Of a stretch of DNA of 48,813 nt, positions 28,652 to 38,305 are shown in pieces. Under the pieces are notes generated by a model. It saw only the letters and a program-made list of their open reading frames with translations. It ran no database searches and was not told the DNA's origin. Each line of letters starts with the position of its first letter. Position 1 is the stretch's first letter. This DNA comes from an uncultured Bacilli bacterium (lineage in GTDB: Bacteria; Bacillota_I; Bacilli_A; RF39; UBA660). Made by a program: the position numbers and the translations under genes. The stretch is from positions 1-48,813 of the forward strand of contig CANRBQ010000004.1 of NCBI GenBank assembly GCA_947628905.1, given 5' to 3'.

Positions 28652-29131
28652 TTAACTTCCTATTACTCTTTCATACTCTTCTTCATCATAAGATTTAAAA
28701 CTATTAGTTGTTCCCTTAACAGAAAAACCTGATGCATTACCTATAACTGGTAAATTAAATTTATAAAACAACGTAATTTGATAATAATTAGTAACACTAA
28801 TTCCTTGATATTTTTTAAAACAATAATTATATTTCTTTCCGGATTCGGCTTTTTCAAGTTTATTAGAAGCTAAATCTCCCCCATAAATACCTTCTTCACT
28901 TTTACTAGTACATACCCCACTAACATTATATCCACTTGTAGCTAAATAACTATTAACTAACCCTATTGAATAATCATTTAAACCCTCATATTTTTCTACA
29001 ATTGATATAACTTCATTTTTAACTTTAACCGTTCTAGAATAATTAAGAGTAAGTATAATATAACCCGCAAATAAAAGGATAAATATTATCATTAATTGCA
29101 TTATCCAAGTCTGTCCTATCGCTCTTCTCAT
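28652..29131 (-). CDS. TadE-like/prepilin-like protein
   Basis: MRRAIG|QTWIMQLMIIF; YYQITLFYKFNLPV C-terminus shared with neighbour. Confidence 0.55.
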   Translation of the reverse strand: MRRAIGQTWIMQLMIIFILLFAGYIILTLNYSRTVKVKNEVISIVEKYEGLNDYSIGLVNSYLATSGYNVSGVCTSKSEEGIYGGDLASNKLEKAESGKKYNYCFKKYQGISVTNYYQITLFYKFNLPVIGNASGFSVKGTTNSFKSYDEEEYERVIGS

Positions 29132-29135
29132 CTAA

Positions 29136-29657
29136 TCAACTCCCACACCAATAATAATTTGCCGCTCTAAGTCCACATTCATTTGGACTATAAACTCTTG
29201 TTGTTTCTCCTAAAATAGAAAACTCAAACAAACTATTAATTACTGGTAAATCCAATTGATAAAATATTTTTACTTGATAATATAAGGAATTAGGAAGTTC
29301 TGAACCTGAATTAACTTTAACCCCTCGAACACAAAAAGCCGCATTATTAGCTCCTCGTCCAAGCAAATCACCCGTTCTTGAATATCCAACCCAATCACTA
29401 TCACATTTACCTACTGATCTATAACTAGCTTCTTGAAAATAATCTGTTATTTGCTCTTTAAAGTTATAGCAAATATCTCCATCAGCAACTCCATCTGCTG
29501 TACATACTCCACCCTGATTACGAATTATATTAAGAATTTCATTTTTAACATTATATGCCTTAGAATAGTTAATTGATAAACTTATATAACCTGTAAAAAT
29601 CAAAACAAGTACAATAACAATGTTAAAAAGAGAGACACCACCAATTGCTTCCTTCAT
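29136..29657 (-). CDS. TadE-like/prepilin-like protein
   Basis: MKEAIG|GVSLFNIVIVL; YYQVKIFYQLDLPV; paralog of 28652..29131. Confidence 0.55.
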   Translation of the reverse strand: MKEAIGGVSLFNIVIVLVLIFTGYISLSINYSKAYNVKNEILNIIRNQGGVCTADGVADGDICYNFKEQITDYFQEASYRSVGKCDSDWVGYSRTGDLLGRGANNAAFCVRGVKVNSGSELPNSLYYQVKIFYQLDLPVINSLFEFSILGETTRVYSPNECGLRAANYYWCGS

Positions 29658-29671
29658 TTAACCACCTTCAA

Positions 29672-29929
29672 TTAACCTTTCCAAGGGCATGTAATAACTT
29701 CATTTTCATTTCCTCTAACGTGACATTGTAAATATCCTCCCACTGGAATTTGACATCTGCCTTGTTCATCTTTATCTTCACAAACACATATAGCCATATC
29801 ACAATTTGTACTTTGCCTAAAACCACCATGTATTCTTGGCCATAGAAAAGAAAAGAAAAAAAAGGCCAACAGTGCCACTATAATAACTACAACAACCGTT
29901 ACATTAAGCTCACCAGTAGCCTCTTTCAT
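29672..29929 (-). CDS. small pilin-like protein
   Basis: MKEATG|ELNVTVVVV, hydrophobic helix, Cys-rich tail. Confidence 0.6.
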   Translation of the reverse strand: MKEATGELNVTVVVVIIVALLAFFFFSFLWPRIHGGFRQSTNCDMAICVCEDKDEQGRCQIPVGGYLQCHVRGNENEVITCPWKG

Positions 29930-29948
29930 ATTATCTTACCTCCATTTG

Positions 29949-30221
29949 TTAGCTTGTAGTAGGACCTTCGCCATTTTTATAACGACAAGTTCCAGACCAA
30001 ACTACTTCATCACCTTCGTAAGCTTCACAACTAGTACAAGTCATTGTACCATCTCTGTTTTCACAATGTTCAGCACCACACTGTGCCATTGAACAATAAG
30101 TATTAGCTTCAATAGAATTTTTAATACCAGGCCATACGAAAGCATAGAAGAATGCTGCGACTGCCGCAATTGCTACTACAGTAACAACTGTCATATTTAA
30201 CTCACCTGTAGCTTCTTTCAT
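29949..30221 (-). CDS. small pilin-like protein (candidate major subunit)
   Basis: MKEATG|ELNMTVVTVV, hydrophobic helix, six Cys; strong RBS AAAGGAGG. Confidence 0.6.
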   Translation of the reverse strand: MKEATGELNMTVVTVVAIAAVAAFFYAFVWPGIKNSIEANTYCSMAQCGAEHCENRDGTMTCTSCEAYEGDEVVWSGTCRYKNGEGPTTS

Positions 30222-30251
30222 TTAAATTAATTCCTCCTTTTACTTTCTATT

Positions 30252-30280
30252 ATTATACCTAATTTTTTTTAAAATATCAA
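30252..30280 (-). promoter_or_regulatory. sigma-A promoter of the prepilin-like operon
   Basis: TTGATA, 17 nt, TATAAT. Confidence 0.7.
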
Positions 30281-30316
30281 CACTATAAAATAAGTTTATC
30301 TAAATTTCTCTAAAAA

Positions 30317-32770
30317 TTACTCATCACGTTTTCTTTTTCTTAAATAATCTAAAAGCATCCCTAAAAAAGCTCCCAAACTAATAAATAATCCTAATTTTAA
30401 TCCTGAAGGTATATATTGTACCTCAATTGTATGTTTACCTTTTTCTAATTTAAAACCGACAAAAGTCTCCATAGCTTTAACATAATCTACCTTTTTACCA
30501 TCAACTATTATTTTTAACCCTTTATCATAAGGAATTGTAAACATAAAATAACCACCAGAAGAATCAATACTCCCCTTTAATATTTTATCAGTATTTAAAT
30601 ATTCAAATGAACTTTTCTCTTTAATTAATTTTATATTCTTTAAATAAAGTTCTTCATCTAATAAACTAAATAAATAATCATCTAAAGAATAATTTAAATA
30701 ACTATCATAATTATAAACTATTTTTAAATTATCATCTTTTTCTAAAACAATTAAATTATCTTTACTCTTATATTCTTGATTATTAACATAAAACTTAACT
30801 TTATCATTAATAACATTAATATTATTAAAAATAACTATTTCTCTTTTTAATGCTTTATATTCTATAGTTAACTCAGGATTTTCTTTTATATCATAAAACC
30901 CTTTTTCTTTACTCCAACTAACATTCTTAAAACTAACATTATCTTCATTAACTTTATTAAATAGTTCTATCTCATCTCCTACTAAATAACTATATATATT
31001 ATTAATATTCTTTTTATAATCTTTATCTAATTTTAAATCAATTAATTCTTTTGACACCATAAAACCTATTGGTAATGCTTCATTATTAACACAAACACTA
31101 TCATGACATTCATAATAATTACTATCCCCTATTAAATATTTAACTCCTAAAAAAGAAAGAATACTAGGATTATAATTTAATACTTTCTGATGATTTAAAC
31201 TAATTTTAGAAATATTAACTTTATCAATAAAATTAGCCCCTTTTATATTATAACTAGAACTAAATAATTCTAACGAATTAAAGCTATACATTAACCCTTC
31301 ATTTTCATAACCATCTAAAGTTAATAATCTTCCAAATTTATCATTAATATTTCTTAAAGTATTTACTCGTTCATTATATTTATTAACCATTTCTAAATAT
31401 GGATATCCCTTATTTATTTTTAAAGTATGATAAGTATTTAAACCCAATTCTAAAATAATTAAAATCATAAAAACATACTTTATCTTTAAAAAGAATAAAT
31501 AACCAAAAAATAAAACAATACTTATTAAAGCTAAAAGAATATATGTATCATGAAGTCCTAAACCCTTAAGTTTATATGCCAAAGATCCTAAAACTAAAAA
31601 CATAAATACAACAACTATTAAACTTTTAAATAAAGGTTTAACTCTATTTACCTCAAAATTACACCAAGAATTATAACCTATTTTAATTAAGAAAAATACA
31701 AACACAAACTGATATCTATGACTCCACCAAATAGGTTGTTGAAACATATTCCAAGTATAATCAATTAAAGTAAAACTAAAAGATAAAACGAAAAATAATA
31801 AAACTCCCAAAGTTACCAATTTTTCTCTTTTATTAATCTTTTTATTAAAAAAGAACATAATCACTAACACTAATACAAACAAAGTTACAAATATAGTAGT
31901 ACTTCCAAAATTATAATTATCTTGAATTATAAAAGAACCAATAGTCATATTATATACTTGAGAAAATAAAGTAAAAATATCTAAAGAAAACAAATTTTTA
32001 ATATTTAAAGATGCTAATCTTCCATTTAATAAACTAAAAATTGTTGGCACTAATACTACCGCAGCAAGCATCCCACTAAAAATAGAATATTTTAAAAACT
32101 TAAAAATATTATTTTTATTAAAACAATTATTAACCAGTGTATAATATAAAAAATATATAACCAAAAATAAACATACCATAAACCCTAAATAATAATTAAT
32201 TAAAATTATAGAAGTAAGAATTATAACATAAAAAATATTTTTATCTTTAAGTATTAAATTTTCTAATCCCAAAATTACTAAAGGCAGTAAAAAATAAATA
32301 TCCATCCACATAACATGCATTAAAAAAGCCATCGCGTAACCAGATAAAGCATAAATAAAACTAAAAACCAAATTCCATATACTATCTTTATATTTTGTTC
32401 CCAAATGATTTAAATAAACATACATAAATAAGCCACTTAAACCAATTTTTAAATAAACCAAAATAGTATAAAATAAATATATATTTTCTTTCTTAAAAAA
32501 TAATGCTAATAAATTTAAAGGACTTCCACAATATAAATTAATAATACTTAAAAAATTAGTACCCATCCCAGCATGTAAAGTAAATAAAATACTTTTACCA
32601 TTTCTAATATTATTTAATAATTCCCCAAAAAAAGCTGGATACTCATAATAAGCATCAAAAGCATTAAAAGAATATTTTCCCAAAGGAATATAGTTAGCTA
32701 AAAAAGCAACAATAAATAATATCAATATTGGTCCTATAAAACTTCCTAAATACAAAACTTTTTTCTTCAT
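30317..32770 (-). CDS. YfhO-family membrane protein (GT-C-like)
   Basis: DAYYEY, GMGTNF, YCGSPLN, MWMD..FLLPL, YYLGFM, FTIPYDKG, Y.PSGL. Confidence 0.88.
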   Translation of the reverse strand: MKKKVLYLGSFIGPILILFIVAFLANYIPLGKYSFNAFDAYYEYPAFFGELLNNIRNGKSILFTLHAGMGTNFLSIINLYCGSPLNLLALFFKKENIYLFYTILVYLKIGLSGLFMYVYLNHLGTKYKDSIWNLVFSFIYALSGYAMAFLMHVMWMDIYFLLPLVILGLENLILKDKNIFYVIILTSIILINYYLGFMVCLFLVIYFLYYTLVNNCFNKNNIFKFLKYSIFSGMLAAVVLVPTIFSLLNGRLASLNIKNLFSLDIFTLFSQVYNMTIGSFIIQDNYNFGSTTIFVTLFVLVLVIMFFFNKKINKREKLVTLGVLLFFVLSFSFTLIDYTWNMFQQPIWWSHRYQFVFVFFLIKIGYNSWCNFEVNRVKPLFKSLIVVVFMFLVLGSLAYKLKGLGLHDTYILLALISIVLFFGYLFFLKIKYVFMILIILELGLNTYHTLKINKGYPYLEMVNKYNERVNTLRNINDKFGRLLTLDGYENEGLMYSFNSLELFSSSYNIKGANFIDKVNISKISLNHQKVLNYNPSILSFLGVKYLIGDSNYYECHDSVCVNNEALPIGFMVSKELIDLKLDKDYKKNINNIYSYLVGDEIELFNKVNEDNVSFKNVSWSKEKGFYDIKENPELTIEYKALKREIVIFNNINVINDKVKFYVNNQEYKSKDNLIVLEKDDNLKIVYNYDSYLNYSLDDYLFSLLDEELYLKNIKLIKEKSSFEYLNTDKILKGSIDSSGGYFMFTIPYDKGLKIIVDGKKVDYVKAMETFVGFKLEKGKHTIEVQYIPSGLKLGLFISLGAFLGMLLDYLRKRKRDE

Positions 32771-32898
32771 AATAACCTCTACCCCATTTTAACATATTAA
32801 AAGAAAAATTTATATACTTTATTTTACTTTATAATACTATAAATAAATTGCAAAAAACTAGCATTTATGATATATTTATAAAGAATAGAGTTGATAAC

Positions 32899-33552
32899 AT
32901 GAAAGAAAAATTTATAGCTTTTTTAAAAGGTTTTGGCACAATTTTATTATATATTTTAACCGCGAGTATAGGTTCTCTGTTATTTGGAGATTTCTATGAA
33001 AGTTCTAATAAAATAATTGCTACTTTTGCTCAATTAGGAACTTATACTCTATTATTATTAGTACTTACTATTACTTATCATAAACGTCTCATAAATGACT
33101 TTAAAAACTATAAAAAAGACTATTTTAATAAAGCATTAAAAGATTGGTTATGTGGCTTAGCACTTATGATTATAAGTAATTTTATAATTAGTGATATTGT
33201 AGGTAATATACCTACTAATGAAGCTTTAAATCGTAGTTTATTATTAAAATATCCTATAAGTAATATTATAAGTATGGTATTTATAGGTCCGATTATTGAA
33301 GAAATAACTTTTAGAGCTAGTTTCAAAAATGCTTTTAATAAATGGTATACTTTTTCTTTATTCACAGCTATAATCTTTGGTTTAGCTCATATTGCTAAAT
33401 TTAATTTATTAGAATTTTTATATGTAATACCATATGGCGCTTTAGGATTCTTTTTTGCTAAAGCATTTTATGAAACAGATAATATATATTCATCTTTTTT
33501 AATTCATATGTTACATAATGCCATGTGTATTATTATCATATTTATTTTATAA
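32899..33552 (+). CDS. CPBP-family intramembrane glutamic endopeptidase
   Basis: GPIIEEITFR, FGLAH, HMLHN; likely start 32899. Confidence 0.9.
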   Translation: MKEKFIAFLKGFGTILLYILTASIGSLLFGDFYESSNKIIATFAQLGTYTLLLLVLTITYHKRLINDFKNYKKDYFNKALKDWLCGLALMIISNFIISDIVGNIPTNEALNRSLLLKYPISNIISMVFIGPIIEEITFRASFKNAFNKWYTFSLFTAIIFGLAHIAKFNLLEFLYVIPYGALGFFFAKAFYETDNIYSSFLIHMLHNAMCIIIIFIL

Positions 33553-33563
33553 GAGGTAATTCT

Positions 33564-34376
33564 ATGACTGAAAAAAAACATACAGTAATTAAAATTATAG
33601 CTATCTTAATAATTATTATATTTATACTTTATTTATATGCTAGATATATTAATCCTATAAGCTTCAAAGTAATTGAAACCCCAATTTATGATACTAATTT
33701 AAATGAAAATTATAATGGTTTAAAAATAGCTCATTTATCAGATATTCATTATGGAAGAACAACAACAGAAGATAATTTAAAAAAAATAATTAAAGAAATA
33801 AATAAATTAAATGCAGATATTATAATATTTACTGGAGATTTATTTGATTATAAAAAAATATCTAAAGAAGATAAAGATTTAATGATCAAATATTTAAAAA
33901 AAATAAATTCTAAACTTTATAAATTTGCTATTATAGGTGATTATGATGAATTATATTTAAGTGATTATACAGAAATATTAACAGAATCTAATTTTATTTT
34001 ATTAAATAATACTTCTAAATTAGTTTATTATAATAATTCTACTCCTATAAATTTTATAGGCTTAACTAACACAGAAAATATTGAAGAACTATATAACAAT
34101 GATTATTATAATATTACTCTTATTCATAAACCAGATTTAATTAAAGATATTAAAAACACTAATTTAGCTTTTGCTGGTCACTCTTTAGGAGGACAATTTA
34201 AGATTCCTTTTATTGGTGGCATAAGAAAAATAGAAGGAGCAGAAACATACATTGATAATTACTATAAAATAAATAATACTAAACTCTTTATTTCTAATGG
34301 TATAGGAACACAAGATATAAGTCTAAGATTATTTAATACTCCATCAATAACTCTATATAGATTATATAATAACTAA
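33564..34376 (+). CDS. membrane-anchored metallophosphoesterase (YkuE-like, degenerate motifs)
   Basis: HLSDIH, FTGDL, HKPD, AGHSLGGQ, ISNGIG; likely start 33564. Confidence 0.82.
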   Translation: MTEKKHTVIKIIAILIIIIFILYLYARYINPISFKVIETPIYDTNLNENYNGLKIAHLSDIHYGRTTTEDNLKKIIKEINKLNADIIIFTGDLFDYKKISKEDKDLMIKYLKKINSKLYKFAIIGDYDELYLSDYTEILTESNFILLNNTSKLVYYNNSTPINFIGLTNTENIEELYNNDYYNITLIHKPDLIKDIKNTNLAFAGHSLGGQFKIPFIGGIRKIEGAETYIDNYYKINNTKLFISNGIGTQDISLRLFNTPSITLYRLYNN

Positions 34377-34446
34377 AAAAGCGAGGAGAAACCCCGCATG
34401 GAATTTAATCTTGCCCAAGAATATAAGTTAGAGCAACTTAGGCAAG
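34375..34446 (-). ncRNA. conserved 3' structured element (copy 2)
   Basis: Minus strand: CTTGCCTAAG-TTGCTCTAACTTATATT-CTTGGGCAAG ... GCGGGG-TTTCT-CCTCGC-T6. Confidence 0.6.
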
Positions 34447-34463
34447 TTTTTTATTACTTTAAT

Positions 34464-35933
34464 TTATTGAACTATATATGGATTAGTGTATGTACCATCA
34501 CCTGATAATTTCACATTAGCAGAGAGGTTTATCACAGGACGAGCACCATCAGTATTATACATAGCATCAGGTTCAATACCATAATTCAGACAAAAAACCT
34601 CTGCATATACACTTAACCTATATGGAGACATAGTCCAACTACCAGCGTTTGTATATAAGTAAAATTTTCTATTATTTGTTGAATCATCAGATTTGCGTCG
34701 ATAACCTCCTGCAAATACTACTTCATCTGCTGTTATCAAACCAATTGGGCTATTATCTCCTGTTCCATTGTTAGCTCTTAATTTATGATTTCCATAGTCA
34801 CTTCCATCTAGTTTTTGTGCTCCTGGAAGTGTAAATGTGTCATTTATTTGACTACATTTAAACGTTGGAGTATTTTTTTCATTTGCTTCTCCATTTGAGT
34901 TTGAAAATCTACTCATTGGGGCATAAGCAGTTTCTTCTTTTTTATATCCTTTTGCTGTATCATCTTTCCACCATTGATTTGGAGTTGTATTAATTTGTCT
35001 ATCATTGCAAAATCCAGCATTTGAATCTATATATTCTTCATATTCTGCTTTTAGATTTGAACTATACCAGCTATCTAATTTTTTCTTTATTGTACTATCA
35101 TTTTCATTTTTGTGAGTGTCCTCATATTTACTTGATCCTGATGTTCCATACATATATCCTACATAAATATTATCTGAAGAATAAGTTGAATTATATGAAA
35201 CATTCTGTAAAGTACTTTTATATCCATTATTATTTAAATATCCATCATCTGTTGGGATAGTAGTTCCAGTTCCAGTATATATCATTCTTATTGAACCATT
35301 ACCATTTATTCGAATAATTCGCCACCATATGTCCTCACTTCCTACTTTTCCAAACTTTACCCAATTGTCTTTTACTCTTCCTCTAAAATAGTATGTTGTT
35401 CCTAAATCATCTTCATCACTATATAATATAGACTTGTCATTTTCCCCTATATGTTCCTCAACATCCATATCTGTAAAACCGTCTTTATTACCTTCCTCTA
35501 TTGTTCTATTTGCTAATAGTTGTTCTCTAGCGTATACGTACATATCTAAATAAACATAACATTTAGTACCTTTTTTAGTTATACTTATGCTTACTTTTCC
35601 ATCTTTATATTCCATTGGTATATCTTTATGTTGTATATTATCTCCTGGAATTGTACAGTAACTTTTTTCTTTATTTAATTCATAACTCCCTTTTGGTACT
35701 TCATCAGTTGGATTATATGTCTCACTATATTCAGATTCTTGTACTTTTAAAGCTACAACATTTAAATCTGCTAAACTATAACTAACTTTTCCTTTAACTA
35801 TTTGAATATTACTTGTTACATGATATTTTGCTCTACTATTTGTTATATATATTATTCCCATTAACAATACTAATATTGTTATAACTAATACTATTTTCTT
35901 TTTTCTTCCTTTACTTAACTTCTCTATCCTCAT
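34464..35933 (-). CDS. secreted/surface protein, paralog of 1..1464
   Basis: N-terminal TM/signal helix plus SRAKY..IVKGKVSY; same core motifs; C-terminus WTMSP...GARPVINLSANVKLSGDGTYTNPY. Confidence 0.85.
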   Translation of the reverse strand: MRIEKLSKGRKKKIVLVITILVLLMGIIYITNSRAKYHVTSNIQIVKGKVSYSLADLNVVALKVQESEYSETYNPTDEVPKGSYELNKEKSYCTIPGDNIQHKDIPMEYKDGKVSISITKKGTKCYVYLDMYVYAREQLLANRTIEEGNKDGFTDMDVEEHIGENDKSILYSDEDDLGTTYYFRGRVKDNWVKFGKVGSEDIWWRIIRINGNGSIRMIYTGTGTTIPTDDGYLNNNGYKSTLQNVSYNSTYSSDNIYVGYMYGTSGSSKYEDTHKNENDSTIKKKLDSWYSSNLKAEYEEYIDSNAGFCNDRQINTTPNQWWKDDTAKGYKKEETAYAPMSRFSNSNGEANEKNTPTFKCSQINDTFTLPGAQKLDGSDYGNHKLRANNGTGDNSPIGLITADEVVFAGGYRRKSDDSTNNRKFYLYTNAGSWTMSPYRLSVYAEVFCLNYGIEPDAMYNTDGARPVINLSANVKLSGDGTYTNPYIVQ

Positions 35934-35957
35934 ATCTTTCTCTTCTTTCTAATTGAT

Positions 35958-36024
35958 TTACTCAATTATATTAGAAATTTCTAACTTATACTAAAATTAT
36001 AATCTAATGAATGTCAAAAGTCAA
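35958..36024 (-). promoter_or_regulatory. sigma-A promoter plus conserved leader with palindromic operator (copy 1)
   Basis: TTGACT, 17 nt, TATAAT; palindrome TTAGAAATTTCTAA at 35971-35984; 35958-36006 is identical to the reverse complement of 48765-48813. Confidence 0.85.
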
Positions 36025-36099
36025 GAAAAAGTTGGCTATTTCGGCACTATGATTTTAAGAATTCAAATTTAATGAGACAATTATTTTAGGTGATTAAAA

Positions 36100-36555
36100 T
36101 TGGAATATGGTATTAAAATGAAAGAAATAAGATTAGAAAAGAAAACTAGCCAAAAAGAAATTGCAAATTACTTAGGTATATCCCCAATAACTTATAGTCA
36201 TTATGAAACACAAGATACAACAATACCTATTAAACATTTATATAATTTTTGCAATTATTTTAATAGTTCAATTAATTATATATTTAGTTTTTCAAATATA
36301 AAATATGGAAAATATAATAACGAAAAAATTAATAAAACAATTTCTGGCGAACGACTAAAAAATTTTAGAAAAGAAAACAAACTGACTCAGAGTAAACTTG
36401 CCAAAACCCTAAATACTGATAAAACCGTAATATGCAATTATGAAAAAGGCAAAAATATTATTGCTACCCCATTTCTATATTCTTTATGTAAAAACTATAA
36501 AATATCAGCTGATTATCTTTTAGGAAGAACAGACTTTCCTAAATATTTAAAATAA
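36100..36555 (+). CDS. tandem (double) XRE HTH regulator
   Basis: Two HTH_3-like repeats; TTG start after AGGTGA; paralog of 48217..48672. Confidence 0.88.
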   Translation: MEYGIKMKEIRLEKKTSQKEIANYLGISPITYSHYETQDTTIPIKHLYNFCNYFNSSINYIFSFSNIKYGKYNNEKINKTISGERLKNFRKENKLTQSKLAKTLNTDKTVICNYEKGKNIIATPFLYSLCKNYKISADYLLGRTDFPKYLK

Positions 36556-36601
36556 CCAAAAAAAATAATGATTTTTTAACTATCATTACTTTTTTTATAA
36601 C

Positions 36602-38185
36602 CTAATCAATTAAGTATTTTTTAACTGCTATTCCTAAAACTCCTAAACCAACAACTCCAGCACCTACAAAAGTAAGTAAACTATCTAATGTCTTTGGAGC
36701 TTCTTCTACTTTCTCATCTTCTAACTTAGCAATTAAATACATTCCATTAGTAATATTAGTATTTAAATTTAATTCATTTCCCTCTTTATCAGTAAAACCT
36801 ACAACATTTAAACCAGTTGCTTTTAAATCATCTAATAAATTTTGTAAAGTAGAACCACTTTTAACTTTATAATTTTCTTTTACTTCATCTTTTATAACTA
36901 AAGTAATATATAAACTATTTAAATCTTCATCTACAATAAATTGTCCAGATACAGTAACATCACTATCAGGCATTATAAATGTATTATTTGTTATCTCTAT
37001 AGTATCTTCTGTACTCTTATTAGTAACTTTCAAACTTTCAGTATCTAACTTATAACCCGCATTTGGAGAAGCCATTATTTTAACTGTATCACCTGCAGCA
37101 GCATAAACTGGATTAGTTGTTATAGTTCCATTTTGAACTGTACTTACCTCTACAACATGTAAAGCGTCTCCCTCTAAATTTTCTAACTTACCAGTAGTTA
37201 AATCTATATTAGCTCCTTCTTCTAAAGTAATATCTTGAGGATCTATTTTAACATTTCCTTTTATTGTAAGAGTATGTCCCGCTTTAACAGTTAAACTACC
37301 ATTTTGGGCATTTAATGTAACACCTGCTGGAACTTCTAAATCTTCATCAATAGTTACATTACCATTAATATTAATATTTTTAGAATAATTTTGAGCAATC
37401 ATTGCTTCTTTTAAACTTGGAAAATATCCTTCTTTATTAAAGTTTCCTTTATCTCCAGTTTCAACTGTTTCACTTTCAACTGGAAATGTAGTATGAACAT
37501 TTACTAAAAGATAATATTTCTCACTATAACTATCAGCATCACTTGTAAAAACCCCTACATAAGATCTATCTTCATATCCATAAAATACATAATCAGTACC
37601 ATAAACTAATTGACTAAAAGATTTATCACTAAACTTATCATCTATAGCGTCTCTAACAGTTTTATTTCCTGTAGCCCCTCCATCATTAAGTGGAACAAAC
37701 TTACTTTGATTATTATCATAGTAATCTATTTTTATTTGAGGAACCCAAACACTATTATTTGTTAAAGGACTCTCACTTCCAATTTGACTATCTACTGCAC
37801 TTTTAGCACTCGCCATATTTTCTACACCATTAAAAGGCTCAGAACATTTTTTAAAATTACTTCCTGCAATACTTGTATCTATTCCAAAATATAATGTTCC
37901 AAATACTGCTGGACTATTAGCATTACCAGCTTTATGATTTAATATTGCCTCTATTGCTTCATCATTTAAACCATTTGTTGTAATATCAACTACTGAAACT
38001 TTTAATTTATCATCATATCTAACTGTAATATTAGATGTACTACTATCTCCTAAATAATCATAAGCTTTTAATCCTGGAATCTCTTTACTATTAAATACAA
38101 CATCTTCTGCTTTAACATTCAAATTAAAACCTAGCATAAATGCACTAACAACCATTAACCCCAATAATTTTTTTAAGCTTTTCAT
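36602..38185 (-). CDS. cell-surface protein with signal peptide, InlB-B-like repeat and sortase-like anchor
   Basis: AxA signal peptide; NGTITTNP...AGDTVKI...PNAGYKL...TFIMPDSDVTVSGQF; C-terminal APKTLD, TM helix, KK. Confidence 0.7.
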   Translation of the reverse strand: MKSLKKLLGLMVVSAFMLGFNLNVKAEDVVFNSKEIPGLKAYDYLGDSSTSNITVRYDDKLKVSVVDITTNGLNDEAIEAILNHKAGNANSPAVFGTLYFGIDTSIAGSNFKKCSEPFNGVENMASAKSAVDSQIGSESPLTNNSVWVPQIKIDYYDNNQSKFVPLNDGGATGNKTVRDAIDDKFSDKSFSQLVYGTDYVFYGYEDRSYVGVFTSDADSYSEKYYLLVNVHTTFPVESETVETGDKGNFNKEGYFPSLKEAMIAQNYSKNININGNVTIDEDLEVPAGVTLNAQNGSLTVKAGHTLTIKGNVKIDPQDITLEEGANIDLTTGKLENLEGDALHVVEVSTVQNGTITTNPVYAAAGDTVKIMASPNAGYKLDTESLKVTNKSTEDTIEITNNTFIMPDSDVTVSGQFIVDEDLNSLYITLVIKDEVKENYKVKSGSTLQNLLDDLKATGLNVVGFTDKEGNELNLNTNITNGMYLIAKLEDEKVEEAPKTLDSLLTFVGAGVVGLGVLGIAVKKYLID

Positions 38186-38305
38186 AACCCATTATTCCCT
38201 TCTTATTTTAATTTTACTACATCTTTACTATAGTTGTCAAACTATTAACAATTATATTTACATTTAAAAGACATAACTTTACAATTAAAATAAGATAATA
38301 GATTA

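Noticed and set aside
33120-35260. ORFs 33120..33365 and 35021..35260
   Set aside because: Antisense shadows of the CPBP gene and the surface-protein gene.
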